64,000 bases of DNA from an uncultured Chloroflexia bacterium (GCA_963749705.1 CAVVNQ010000004.1:64001-128000); one strand, 5' to 3'. Positions 1-9,919 are shown, numbered from the stretch's first letter. Notes: generated by a model not told the origin, from the letters alone. Made by a program: numbers and translations.

Positions 1-864
1 GAGCTCGGTCCCGTATCGCTCCCCCACCCCGGCGATGTACTCGACCGCTGCGAGCGATCCGGCGATCCCCTCGTGGTTGAGGGTGCCCGTCTCGAACCGG
101 TCGTAGGCCGGGCGGAGCTTGTAGCTGGGCAGGGCGTCGAGCACGTCGCGGCGGCCGTAGAGGATGCCGACGTGGGGGCCGAAGAACTTGTACGCGGAGC
201 AGGCCAGGAAGTCGGTGCCGATGGCCTGGACGTCGATCGGCAGGTGCGGCGCGGCGTGGACGGCGTCCACGTAGGTCATCGCCCCCGCCTCGTGGGCGCG
301 GCGGACCAGCTCGGCGACGGGGTTGATCGACCCCACCGCGTTCGACGCCCAGCCGAACGCCACGAGCTTCGGCCGGCCGTGGAGGATCGCGTCGAACGCC
401 TCGATGTCGAGGGTGACGTCGTCCGTCCGGATGTCGACGGTCCGGACCGGGAGGCCGCGGTCCGCCGCGGCGCTGCGCCACGGTCCGACGTTCGCCTCGT
501 GATCGAGGCTGGTGACCACGATCTCGTCACCCGGCTGGAGCGAGGCCGCGATCGATCGCGCCACGTGCATCGTGAGGGTGGTCATGTTGGCGCCGAACTT
601 GATCTCGGATGGATCGGCGGCGTTGAGCAGGTCGGCCAGGGCCACGTGCGCGTCCTCGAGCACGGCATCGCTGCGCTGCGAGGTGAGGAACGGTCCGTCG
701 TGATTGGCGTTGGACTCGCGGTAGTAGCGCGAGACCGCCTCGATCACGGTGTCCGGGACCTGCGTCCCGCCCGGACCGTCGAACAACGCCACGGGTCGTC
801 CGTCCTGCCGGATGGCGAGGGCCGGGAAGCGGGCGCGGAGCGCGTCGACGTCGATTGCGGACAT
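1..864 (-). CDS. Cysteine desulfurase-like class V PLP aminotransferase (3' end truncated by the window edge)
   Basis: Not in the ORF track. Manual translation from ATG at 864: MSAIDVDALRARFPAL...FDGPGGTQVP...LDHEANVGPW...YVDAVHAAPH...CSAYKFFGPH (PLP lysine)...FETGT. SD-like GAGGAG upstream. Confidence 0.88.
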   Translation of the reverse strand, partial: MSAIDVDALRARFPALAIRQDGRPVALFDGPGGTQVPDTVIEAVSRYYRESNANHDGPFLTSQRSDAVLEDAHVALADLLNAADPSEIKFGANMTTLTMHVARSIAASLQPGDEIVVTSLDHEANVGPWRSAAADRGLPVRTVDIRTDDVTLDIEAFDAILHGRPKLVAFGWASNAVGSINPVAELVRRAHEAGAMTYVDAVHAAPHLPIDVQAIGTDFLACSAYKFFGPHVGILYGRRDVLDALPSYKLRPAYDRFETGTLNHEGIAGSLAAVEYIAGVGERYGTEL

Positions 865-983
865 GGAGCTCCTCACGGTGGCGGAGCCTCGATGCTAGCG
901 CGAGTCACGATCGCCGGTTCGGCGGCCGGGCCCGGATGGCGGCGCGACCCATCCGTTTGACCGCCGGGGTCGGCCGCCCAAAC

Positions 984-1024
984 AGGTAATTGCATTGGCA
1001 ACTACCTCGCGGATGCGGTAGCAT
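984..1024 (+). promoter_or_regulatory. Probable MarR operator palindrome plus -10 box (leaderless promoter)
   Basis: AGGTAATTGC-ATTG-GCAACTACCT (984-1007, 9 of 10 pairs), AT-rich in a GC-rich background. TAGCAT at 1019-1024 lies 6 nt before the MarR ATG. Confidence 0.65.
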
Positions 1025-1030
1025 GAGCCC

Positions 1031-1576
1031 ATGACAACGGAGCTCGTCAAGGGCGACGCGACGTCCCCCGATGCCGCCTCGGCGCCCGCCATCCCGACCG
1101 GCGATGACGGGCGACTTGATGCCTGGCGCAGCTTCCTGCACGCGCATGCGCGCCTCACCAGGCGGATGGACGAGGAGCTGCAGACGGCCCACCGCCTGTC
1201 GCTCGCGGAGTACGACGCGCTGATCCAGCTCGCCGGCAGCCCCGGACGGCGCCTGCGCATGAGCGCCCTCGCGGAGCGCGTGCTGCTGTCGCGCAGCGGG
1301 CTCACGCGGCTGGTCGATCGGCTCGAGGCGGGCGGCATGGTCAGGCGATCCGCGTGCGCAACCGATGCGCGCGGCGCGGAGGCGATCCTGACCACGACCG
1401 GCGTCCAGCGGCTGCGCACGGCGTCGCAGACGCACCTCGCCGGGGTGCAGCGGTACTTCCTGGACGTGATCGCGGCCGACGATCGGGCGGCGATCAAGCG
1501 CGGGCTGGACCAGGTGATCGACGAGCTCGGCTGCAACGCCGAGGCGGATCCCGGCCGGGCCACGGAGGAAGGCTGA
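1031..1576 (+). CDS. MarR family transcriptional regulator
   Basis: LSLAEYDAL...LRMSALAERVLLSRSGLTRLVDRLEAGGMVRR...DARG winged-helix pattern. Confidence 0.92.
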   Translation: MTTELVKGDATSPDAASAPAIPTGDDGRLDAWRSFLHAHARLTRRMDEELQTAHRLSLAEYDALIQLAGSPGRRLRMSALAERVLLSRSGLTRLVDRLEAGGMVRRSACATDARGAEAILTTTGVQRLRTASQTHLAGVQRYFLDVIAADDRAAIKRGLDQVIDELGCNAEADPGRATEEG

Positions 1577-2325
1577 CGCCGGACGTCGCCCGGCAGCCGG
1601 GACGCGTTCTGGCCGGCACCAGCGGCTTCGCGTACGCCGGCTGGGCGCCACGCTTCTACCCCGACGGGCTTCCCGCACGCGGGCGCCTCAGCCACTATGC
1701 CGCCCGGCTGCCTGCCTGCGAGCTCAACAACACGTTCTACGCGCGCCCCACCGTGGACCGGATCCGCGCCTGGTGCTCGGCGACGCCCGCCGGCTTCCGG
1801 TTCATCGTCAAGGCCCAGCGCGGGGCGAGCATCCGGGCGCTGTACGCGGATCCCGCGACCTCGGTCCCGTGGCTGACGGAGACGCTGCCGGAGTTCGGGG
1901 CACGGCTGGGCGGCGTCCTGTTCCGCGTTCCGGGTGAGGTTCCGCGCAACGACGAGCGGCTGGAGGGCCTGCTCCGCGCATGGCCCGCGAGCCTTCCCCT
2001 CGTGCTCGAGGCCCAGCACGCGTCGTGGCAGGCGGACGAGGTGTTCGCCGCGCTGCGTGCCGCCGGCGCCGTCCTGTGCACGACGGATCTCGACGAGGTG
2101 GACGACCCGCCCGACATCCGTCGCACCGGCCCGTTCCTGTACCTCCGCCTGCGACGAGCCGCCTACGACGAAGCGGCGCTCGATGCCTGGGCCCGGCGCC
2201 TGGTCCCGTTCCTCGACGACGGGCTGGATGCCTACGTGCTGTTCCGGCACGACGAGGACGGGCAGACCGCGCTCCAGGCCGAGACGTTCGCGGCACGCGT
2301 CGACCGGGTCCGCACCGGCGGCTGA
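1573..2325 (+). CDS. DUF72 (YecE-like) protein; start probably CTG at 1573
   Basis: GTSGFAYAGW...FYP...CELNNTFYARP...FRFIVKA...YLRLRR...YVLFRH motifs. No ATG/GTG/TTG between 1354 and the conserved N-terminus. Confidence 0.85.
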   Translation: MTPDVARQPGRVLAGTSGFAYAGWAPRFYPDGLPARGRLSHYAARLPACELNNTFYARPTVDRIRAWCSATPAGFRFIVKAQRGASIRALYADPATSVPWLTETLPEFGARLGGVLFRVPGEVPRNDERLEGLLRAWPASLPLVLEAQHASWQADEVFAALRAAGAVLCTTDLDEVDDPPDIRRTGPFLYLRLRRAAYDEAALDAWARRLVPFLDDGLDAYVLFRHDEDGQTALQAETFAARVDRVRTGG

Positions 2326-2416
2326 CCGACCACCCCGGCCCACCAGCCGGATCTCGTCGCGCTCGAAGCGCGGCCAGGGTGGGTCACGGTCCATGCCGGT
2401 ACCCTGTGGCCAACTG

Positions 2417-3767
2417 ATGAAGCGCCACAGGCCGGTCACCGGCACCAGCACGCCGATCCGGCCCCTTGCCCTGCCGATGACCCTCGCCCTCGTCGCTGGC
2501 CTGGTCGCATGCGGCGGGGACACGTCCCGATCCCCCGCCGGAACGCCCGTCGCCACGTCGGGTGAGTCCGGCGTCGCAACGCCGGCGACCACGCCAGCCT
2601 CGACGCCGGCGGCCACTCCGAGCTCGAGGCCGACGCCGGGGCCGACCGCGTCCGGCGTCGCCGGATCCGAACGCCCGGACCTGGCCGCCGTCTCCGTGAC
2701 CGTTGACCCCGTCGCATCGGGCTTCGCGCAGCCCTTGTTCGTCACCCCGGCAGCGCGACGGCTCGGGGCGCCTGTTCGTGCTCGAGCAGGGCGGCCGGAT
2801 CCGGATCGTCCGCAATGGGAACGTGCTGGCGACCCCGTTCCTGGACATTTCCAGCCGCGTCGCCGCCGGCGGCGAACGCGGGTTGCTCGGCCTCGCCTTC
2901 CCGCCCGGCTTCGGCGCCGGCCGGACGACGTTCTACGTGCATTACTCGGACACGCAGGGAGACACCACGATCTCGGAGTTCCGCCTGTCCCCGGACAACC
3001 CCGATGTCGCCGACGCGGCATCCGAGCGGATCCTGCTCACGGCGAAGCAGCCGTACGCGAATCACAACGGGGGCTGGATCGGGTTCGATGCTGACGGCAT
3101 GCTGCTGATCGGGCTGGGCGACGGCGGCAGCGGCGGCGACCCCGAGAACCGTGCCAGCAGCCTGGACACGCTGCTGGGCAAGATCCTGCGGATCGACGTG
3201 CTCGGTGCGGCGTCCGGGCAGGCATACGGGATCCCGGCGGACAACCCGTTCGTGGGACGGCCCGGGGCGTTGCCGGAGATCCTCCACTTCGGGCTGCGCA
3301 ACCCGTTCCGCGACAGCATCGACCCTGCGACCGGCAACCTGTGGATCGGCGACGTGGGTCAGAGCGCGTGGGAGGAGGTCGATGTCGCGCCGGCTGGGTC
3401 GCGTGGGCTCGACTTTGGCTGGCGCCGCTGGGAAGGCGCCCACTGCTACAACCCGGACACCGGCTGCGACCCCCGGGGCGTGACCATGCCCGTGTCGGAG
3501 TACCCGCACCCGACAGGGTGCTCGATCATCGGCGGCGTCGTCTACCACGGTGCCGCGATCGCGGACCTCCGTGGCGCATACCTGTTCTCGGACTATTGCG
3601 CGGGCACGCTGTGGGCGATCGATGCCGGCTTCGCGGCCCGGCAGCCGCCGATCACGCTCGCGGAGACCGGGCGTGCCATCAGCTCGCTGGGCACCGGCGA
3701 GGACGGCGAGGTCTACCTGACCGACATCGCCGGCGGCGAGCTGCTGCGGCTGGTCGCGAAGGGCTGA
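2417..3767 (+). CDS. PQQ-dependent sugar dehydrogenase (GSDH family) lipoprotein with one +1 frameshift at about 2745-2756
   Basis: One frame gives lipobox LVAC-GG, a Pro/Thr/Ser linker and VASGFAQPLFVTP. The next frame gives DGSGRLFVLEQGG, GGERGLLGLAF, NHNGG, GLGDGGSGGDP, GLRNPFR, GDVGQSAWEE. Confidence 0.85.
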
Positions 3768-3785
3768 TCGCGGCCGGTCCGAGGG

Positions 3786-4694
3786 CTACCCGGCCGGCCG
3801 GGAGGCCGTGCTCACCTCGGGCGCGGCGCTGGTCGCTGCGGGCAGTCGCCGCACCGGCCGCAGGAACAGCGCCAGGACGGCGACGACGTAGGCCGCCCAC
3901 ACGAGCAGCGTGATGACCTCGGGCTGCGAGGTGTAGCCGAGCAGCGCGCGCAGCAGCTGGCCGACGACCAGGACGGCTCCACCCGGAGCGCCCGCGATCG
4001 CCTCGTGTGGCAGGGTGCGCGAGATGTCGAACGCGATCGAGGACCCGACGGGAACCCAGCCGATCTCGACGAGCTCGTGGATCGCCCGCGACACGAGGCC
4101 GGCCGCGATGAAGATCAGCGCGATCCCCGTCCAGCGGAAGAACACCCGAAGGTCGATCAGGCGCGCGCCGCGGTAGAACCCGACACCCAGCAGCGCGGCG
4201 ATCCCGAGCCCGGCGACGGCGCCCAGGAGCACGCTTGGCGCGCCGCTGCGGACGGAGGTGGCCTGGCCGACCAGGAACAGGGACGTCTCGAGGCCCTCGC
4301 GGATGACCGCGCTGAAGGCGAGCACGGCCAGGCCCAGGACCGACCCGTCGGACAGCGCGCGCTCGAGCGCGGCGTGGAGGTCGCTCCGCACCGAGGCCGA
4401 CTGGCGGCGCATCCAGAACAGCATCCAGGTCACGACCGCGCAGGCCAGCAGCATCGCCAGGGCCTCGAACAGCTGCTCGTACGGCTCCGGCAGCTCGCCG
4501 ACCGTGATGAACAGCACCAGTCCCGCGAGCAGGCTCAGCACGATCGCGGCGGCGGTGCCGGCCCAGATCCGCCCGAACTGCGCCCGGTTCCCGGTTCGGC
4601 CGAGGTAGGACAGGATGATGCTGACGATCAGCGCCGCCTCGACCCCCTCGCGGAGACCGGTGAGCAGGCCGCTCGTGAAGGAACCGACATCCAA
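3786..4694 (-). CDS. FTR1/EfeU family iron permease
   Basis: Two RExxE motifs (LREGVEAAL, IREGLETSL) and multiple TM helices. TTG start at 4694 with AGGAG SD. Confidence 0.92.
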   Translation of the reverse strand: MDVGSFTSGLLTGLREGVEAALIVSIILSYLGRTGNRAQFGRIWAGTAAAIVLSLLAGLVLFITVGELPEPYEQLFEALAMLLACAVVTWMLFWMRRQSASVRSDLHAALERALSDGSVLGLAVLAFSAVIREGLETSLFLVGQATSVRSGAPSVLLGAVAGLGIAALLGVGFYRGARLIDLRVFFRWTGIALIFIAAGLVSRAIHELVEIGWVPVGSSIAFDISRTLPHEAIAGAPGGAVLVVGQLLRALLGYTSQPEVITLLVWAAYVVAVLALFLRPVRRLPAATSAAPEVSTASRPAG

Positions 4695-4754
4695 GGGACG
4701 TGCTCCTGTGGCGGGGTTGGGACGCGGGGACGCCGCGGCCATCGGAACGACGAG

Positions 4755-4784
4755 ATGCTAGGGCGCGTCCGACGGACTCGTCAA
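4755..4784 (-). promoter_or_regulatory. Sigma70-type promoter for FTR1
   Basis: Minus strand TTGACG-N18-TAGCAT; the spacer contains the palindrome GTCCG-T-CGGAC. Confidence 0.6.
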
Positions 4785-4935
4785 GCGCCCTTGCCGATCT
4801 CGATCAAGCGCCCCTTACCCATCGTGGCAGGGCCGTTCCCCGGCGGGTGCCGGACGCGATCCGCCAGGCTGACATGCGCCTGTAATGCGCACGCAACCGT
4901 CACAGCCGAGATCGATCACATGCGGGTCCTAGACT

Positions 4936-5040
4936 TGGCGGCGAACAACGTTTCATCCGCCGATGCCGAGCCTGTGACGGGGCCGGCAACGGGCCTCACG
5001 CCGCACGATCCGGTCCCCTCCCGGGTCGTGCGGCGTACTC
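4936..5040 (+). ncRNA. Candidate structured small RNA with a C-rich loop (could instead be an aceE 3' hairpin)
   Basis: TAGACT at 4930-4935 followed by hairpins. The last has a 16-bp stem (4998-5013/5021-5036) with loop TCCCCTC and a U-G pair that forms only on the + strand. Confidence 0.35.
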
Positions 5041-5051
5041 ATGGACGGTGG

Positions 5052-7730
5052 TCAGCGCGCGAGCGGATCCTGCGCCTCGGGGTCGACGCCGAGCTCCCGG
5101 ATCATCGCCGCGGCGCGCGTGCCGTCGATCGCGCCGGTGCGGGCAAGGCCGGCCAGCGCCGCCGCCACGATGTGCGGCGGATCGATCTCGAAGTACCCCC
5201 GCAGCGCCTCGCGCGTGTCGCTCCTGCCGAACCCATCGGTGCCCAGCGTGAGGTATGGCTGCGGAACCCAGCGGGCGACCATGTCCGGAAGCGAGCGGAT
5301 CCAGTCCGTGGCGACCACGATCGGGCCGCCGTCGGCACCCAGCACGCTGCTCACGTACGGCACCCGCGGCTCCTGGTCCGGGTTGAGCCGGTTCCAGCGG
5401 TCGACCGCGAGCGCCTCGTGGCGGAGCTGCTGGAACGACGTCGCCGAGTACACCTCGGCGGCGACGCCGAACTGCTCGGCCAGGACGTCCCGGGCGGCGA
5501 TCACCTGCTGCATGATCGAGCCGGACCCCACCAGCCGCACCTGGCCCAGCGGGTTCTCGAGCTCGGGCGCCGCGGCGTAGCGGTAGATCCCCTTGATGAT
5601 CCCCTCGTCGACACCGTCCGGCCTGGGCGGCTGCGGGTAGTTCTCGTTGTACAGGCTGACGTAGTAGAAGACGTCCTCGCCGTCGCCGTACATGCGCCCG
5701 ATCCCCTCGCGGATCACCGTCGCCAGCTCGTACGCGAACGCCGGGTCATAGGCGCGGATGACCGGGATCGTCGATGCCAGGACATGCGACTGGCCGTCGT
5801 CGTGCTGGAGGCCCTCGCCTGCGAGCGTGGTCCGCCCGGCCGTCGCACCGAGCATGAAGCCGCGCCCCCGCTGGTCGCCGAACAGCCATGCCTGGTCGCC
5901 GGTCCGCTGGAACCCGAACATCGAGTAGTAGATGTAGAACGGCACCATCGGCTCGCCGTGGGTCGCGTAGGACGTGCCCGCGGCCTGGAACGAGGCCATC
6001 GACCCCGCCTCGTTGATCCCCTCCTCGAGGACCTGGCCGTCGGTTGCCTCGCGATACGAGAGCAGGAGCTCGGAATCCACGGGCTCGTAGCGCTGCCCGA
6101 GCGCCGCATAGATGCCGGCTTCCTTGAACAGCGGGTCCATGCCGAACGTGCGCGCCTCGTCGGGGATGATCGGCACGATCCGTTGCCCGATCTGCGGGTC
6201 GCGCATCAGGTTCCGCAGCAGTCGGGTGAACACCATCGTGGTCGAGACCGCGGTCGCACTGCCCGCGTCGAACTCCTTGTCCACGTTGCCACCGGGCGCC
6301 GGCAGCGGCTGGGCGCGCACGACGCGTCGCGGCACCGGGCCTCCCAGCTGGGCGCGGCGCTCGATCATGTACCGGACTTCCTCGGATTCGGGTCCGGGAT
6401 GGAAGTACGGCGCGTCCTTGAGCTTGGCGTCCGGGATCGGCAGCTCCAGGCGGTCGCGGAACACGCGCAGCTCCGCCTCGCTCAGCTTCTTTGCCTGGTG
6501 CGTGATGTTGCGCGCCTCGACGCCGGCGCCAAGGGTCCAGCCCTTGACGGTCTTGGCCAGCACGACCGTCGGCGCGCCGCGGTACTCGGTGGCGGCCTTG
6601 TACGCGGCGTAGACCTTGCGATAGTCGTGACCACCCCGGCGCAGGTGCAGCAGGTCATCGTCGGACAGGTGCTCGACCAGGCGGCGCAGGCGCGGATCCG
6701 GCCCGAAGAACCGCTCGCGGACGTAGTCGCCGCTCGAGACGGAGAACTTCTGGAACTCGCCGTCGAGGGTGTCGTTCATCTTCTCGACCAGGACGCCGTC
6801 GACGTCGCGCGCCAGGAGCTCGTCCCACTCGCGACCCCAGACGACCTTGATCACGTTCCAGCCGGCGCCGCGGAACAGCCCCTCGAGCTCCTGGATGATC
6901 TTGCCGTTCCCTCGGACGGGACCGTCCAGCCGCTGGAGGTTGCAGTTGATGACGAAGGTCAGGTTGTCCAGCCCCTCGCGGGCCGCCAGCGAGATCCCGG
7001 CGATCGACTCGGGCTCGTCCATCTCGCCATCGCCCAGGAACGCCCACACGCGCTGCGCCGACGTGTCGCGGATGCCGCGATTGGCCAGGTATCGGTTGAA
7101 CCGGGCCTGGTAGATCGCGGCCAGCGGCCCGAGCCCCATCGAGACCGTGGGGAACTCCCAGAAGTCCGGCATCAGGCGCGGGTGGGGGTACGAGCTGAGG
7201 CCCTTGCCACCGACCTCGCGCCGGAAGTGATCGAGCGCGTCCTCGTCGAGGCGGCCCTCGAGGAAGGCGCGCGCGTAGATCCCGGGCGCCGCGTGGCCCT
7301 GGAAGAAGACCTGGTCGCCGCCGCCCGGGTGGTCCTTGCCCTGGAAGAAGTGGTTGAAGCCGACCTCGTACAGGCTGGCCGCCGAGGCGTAGGTGGCCAG
7401 GTGGCCGCCGAGCCCGGGGTACCGGTTGTTCGCCCGCAGGACCATCGCCACCGCGTTCCAGCGGATCAGCCGCCGGATCCGGCGCTCGAGCTGCTCGTCA
7501 CCCGGGAAGAACGGCTCCTGCTCGGGGCTGATGGTGTTGATGTACCGGGTGCTCGTCAGGCTCGGCAGGCCGACGTGCAGCTGGCGCGCACGTTTGAGCA
7601 GCTTGAACATCAGGAAGCGGGCGCGGTTCTCGCCGCCGTCGGCGACGACCTGGTCGAGCGATTCGAGCCACTCGCGGGTCTCTGCCTCGTCGACGTCGGG
7701 CAGCTGGTGCTTGAACTCGTCGAAGTACAT
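5052..7730 (-). CDS. aceE: Pyruvate dehydrogenase E1 component, homodimeric type
   Basis: MYFDEFKHQLPDVD...ETREWLESL, YINTI, GGHLATYAS, QGHAAPGIYARAFLEGR, SSYPHPRLMPDFWEFPTVSMGLG, ThDP motif GDGEMDEPE...NCNLQRLDGPV, LGTDGFGRSDTREALR. Confidence 0.96.
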   Translation of the reverse strand: MYFDEFKHQLPDVDEAETREWLESLDQVVADGGENRARFLMFKLLKRARQLHVGLPSLTSTRYINTISPEQEPFFPGDEQLERRIRRLIRWNAVAMVLRANNRYPGLGGHLATYASAASLYEVGFNHFFQGKDHPGGGDQVFFQGHAAPGIYARAFLEGRLDEDALDHFRREVGGKGLSSYPHPRLMPDFWEFPTVSMGLGPLAAIYQARFNRYLANRGIRDTSAQRVWAFLGDGEMDEPESIAGISLAAREGLDNLTFVINCNLQRLDGPVRGNGKIIQELEGLFRGAGWNVIKVVWGREWDELLARDVDGVLVEKMNDTLDGEFQKFSVSSGDYVRERFFGPDPRLRRLVEHLSDDDLLHLRRGGHDYRKVYAAYKAATEYRGAPTVVLAKTVKGWTLGAGVEARNITHQAKKLSEAELRVFRDRLELPIPDAKLKDAPYFHPGPESEEVRYMIERRAQLGGPVPRRVVRAQPLPAPGGNVDKEFDAGSATAVSTTMVFTRLLRNLMRDPQIGQRIVPIIPDEARTFGMDPLFKEAGIYAALGQRYEPVDSELLLSYREATDGQVLEEGINEAGSMASFQAAGTSYATHGEPMVPFYIYYSMFGFQRTGDQAWLFGDQRGRGFMLGATAGRTTLAGEGLQHDDGQSHVLASTIPVIRAYDPAFAYELATVIREGIGRMYGDGEDVFYYVSLYNENYPQPPRPDGVDEGIIKGIYRYAAAPELENPLGQVRLVGSGSIMQQVIAARDVLAEQFGVAAEVYSATSFQQLRHEALAVDRWNRLNPDQEPRVPYVSSVLGADGGPIVVATDWIRSLPDMVARWVPQPYLTLGTDGFGRSDTREALRGYFEIDPPHIVAAALAGLARTGAIDGTRAAAMIRELGVDPEAQDPLAR

Positions 7731-7931
7731 CTGGGCTCCGTGGACGCAGGGCGGTGCTCGCCCGGGCGGCGTACAGGGTAGCCCCGATGCGGGCGGCTCG
7801 CGGTCCCTGGCAGACCACGCGGCGGTCGGTTCGACCGGCGCCGGCCCACGGATGGCGCGGCCGCGGCCGTCGCGGAGCGCGTCGACTTTGTGCGCGAGGC
7901 GCACACTAGGGTCGATGCGGAGGTATCCGGC

Positions 7932-8673
7932 CTGAGCGCTCAGCCCCTCGTCCTCGTCGCCGACGACGAGCCGAGGATCACCAAGCTCGTCTCGATCGCA
8001 CTCTCGGAGGAGGGGTTCCGGGTGCTCACCGCGGCGGGAGGCGAAGAGGCGCTTGCCAAGGCCGAGGAGGTCCGCCCGGACATCGTCCTGCTCGACATCG
8101 TGATGCCGGACCTCGACGGCATCGAGGTGATGCGCCAGCTGCGCGAGCGCCGCCCGGTGCCGGTGATCCTGCTCACCGCCAAGGGATCGACGTCGGACAA
8201 GGCGAAGGGCCTCGACCTCGGCGCGGACGACTACATCGCCAAGCCGTTCCACCCGGACGAGCTGGCGGCGCGCGTGCGCGCCGTGATCCGACGCTCCGGC
8301 GGCACGCAGCCCGCCGCCGGCGTGCTCCGCTTCGACGACATCGAGATCGACCTCGAGCGTCGGATGGTCACCCGCGCCGGGACGCTCGTCCAGCTGTCGC
8401 GGACGGAGTGGCTCCTGCTCCAGCACCTGGCGGGCAACGCCGGCAAGGTCGTCCTGCACAGCGAGCTGCTGACCAAGGTCTGGGGACCCGAGTACCGCGA
8501 CGACCTGCAGTACCTCCGCGTCTGGGTGTCGCGGGTCCGCCGCAAGCTGGGCGCCAGGCCGGGCGACCCAGGTCGCATCCGCACCTTCCAGGGGATCGGG
8601 TACCTGCTCGATGTCGAGGACACGATGCACGGGCCGAGCGCGCCCGCAGACGCCCGGTGCCGGCGAACCCTGA
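7932..8673 (+). CDS. OmpR/KdpE-like response regulator (probable CTG start; probable +1 frameshift near 8652 just before the natural stop)
   Basis: VLVADDE, DIVLLDIVMPDLDG, LTAK, GADDYIAKPF receiver and wHTH VWGPEY...YLRVWVSRVRRKL...IRTFQGIGY. As assembled the frame runs to 9008 over pncA; removing one C gives DAGAGEP-stop at 8671-8673. Confidence 0.88.
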
Positions 8674-8727
8674 ACCCGGCCGCATCCGCGCGGTCACGCA
8701 CGATGACGCCGGGGTACGCTTCCGTCC

Positions 8728-9354
8728 ATGCACAGGTACCGTCGCGGCGTCGCCCTGATCGTGGTCGACGTCCAGAACGACTTTGCGGATCCGGGAGGCA
8801 GCCTCAGCGTCCGCGGGGGTGCGGACGTCATCGCGGCGATCAACGAGCAGGTCGCCCTGGCGAACGCGGGCGGAGCGCTCGTGGTGTGCACCCAGGACTG
8901 GCACCCACGGCACACGCCGCACTTCGCAAAGGACGGCGGCGTGTGGCCGGACCACTGCGTCCAGGGGACCTGGGGCGCCGAGCTCCATCCCGCCCTCGCC
9001 GTCCCTGACGGCACGGCGATCGTGCGCAAGGGCGCCAACGGCGAGGACGGCTACTCCGGGTTCACGATGCGCGACCCGGTCACGGGCGAGTCGATCCCGA
9101 CGATGCTCGAGGGCCTGCTGCAGGAGGCTGCGGTGACCGACGTGGTCGTGGCCGGGCTGGCAACCGACTATTGCGTCAAGGCGACCGCGCTCGACGCGGT
9201 CCGGCTGGGCCTTGCGACCACCGTGCTGATCGATGCCGTGGCGGCGGTCGATCTCGAGCCCGGTGACGGCGACCGCTCGCTCGCGGACCTGCGGGCCGCC
9301 GGGGTCAGGCTGACGAGGTCAGAGCAGCTGGGAACCGGGAGCGGCGCCCGATGA
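8728..9354 (+). CDS. pncA: Nicotinamidase/pyrazinamidase (isochorismatase family)
   Basis: LIVVDVQNDF, QDWHP, WPDHCVQGTWGAELHP, RKG...YSGF, GLATDYCV. Confidence 0.9.
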   Translation: MHRYRRGVALIVVDVQNDFADPGGSLSVRGGADVIAAINEQVALANAGGALVVCTQDWHPRHTPHFAKDGGVWPDHCVQGTWGAELHPALAVPDGTAIVRKGANGEDGYSGFTMRDPVTGESIPTMLEGLLQEAAVTDVVVAGLATDYCVKATALDAVRLGLATTVLIDAVAAVDLEPGDGDRSLADLRAAGVRLTRSEQLGTGSGAR

Positions 9355-9893
9355 TCCGGCGGCTGGCGGTGCTGGCGGCGCTCGGGACGGCCGGCGCGTT
9401 CGTCATCGACCTCGCCCTGAAGGCGCGTCGCGGCGATGCGCCGGTGACGCCGCTGCGGATGCTGGCCGTCGTGGACGCGCCGATCGAGGAGACGTGGGCG
9501 GTGGTCGCGGACATCCCGCTCCAGACCGAATGGATGCGCGAGATGAAGCGGGTCGAGGTGCTCACGCCGGGACCCGTGGCCGTGGGCACCCGCGGCGTGG
9601 CGACCGTCCGGATCTTCGGGATCCCGGTCAGCGATCCGGTCGAGGTGACCGAGCTGGACAGGCCCAACCGGTACGCGATCCGGCACGAGGGCCTGTTCTC
9701 GGGCGGCGGCCTGATCACGCTCGAGCCGGGTGCCGACGGCAGTACGACGATCGTGCGCTGGGAGGAGACGCTCGCCGCCCCGGTGCTGCCCGAGCTCGCG
9801 GCGGTCGTCACGGGGCCGATCCTGCGCGCGATCTTCCAGGCCGACCTCCACCGGCTCAAGCGGCTGGTGGAGACCGGCTCGGCCGACGGCTGA
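9351..9893 (+). CDS. SRPBCC (START-like) family protein with N-terminal hydrophobic segment
   Basis: VDAPIEETWAVVADI...EWM...GTRG...VTELDRP...T.VRWEE, C-terminal helix DLHRLKRLVE. ATGA overlap with pncA. Confidence 0.8.
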   Translation: MIRRLAVLAALGTAGAFVIDLALKARRGDAPVTPLRMLAVVDAPIEETWAVVADIPLQTEWMREMKRVEVLTPGPVAVGTRGVATVRIFGIPVSDPVEVTELDRPNRYAIRHEGLFSGGGLITLEPGADGSTTIVRWEETLAAPVLPELAAVVTGPILRAIFQADLHRLKRLVETGSADG

Positions 9894-9919
9894 CGGCCGG
9901 CGGCTGACGGCCCGCGGAG

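Noticed and set aside
4005-7781. 1258-aa + strand ORF, and similar giant ORFs (23086-26691 -, 20637-23072 -, 48653-51055 -, 53520-55217 +)
   Set aside because: Antisense shadows of clearly identified genes; expected in high-GC DNA with strong codon bias; no motifs.
7731-8630. N-terminal 300 aa of the 1192-aa ORF containing aceE
   Set aside because: Antisense to the response regulator; AceE similarity begins at MYFDEFK (7730), so this is not a fusion.
8674-9008. Long C-terminal extension of the response regulator overlapping pncA
   Set aside because: Arg/Pro-rich read-through explained by a probable +1 error just before a stop at 8671-8673.
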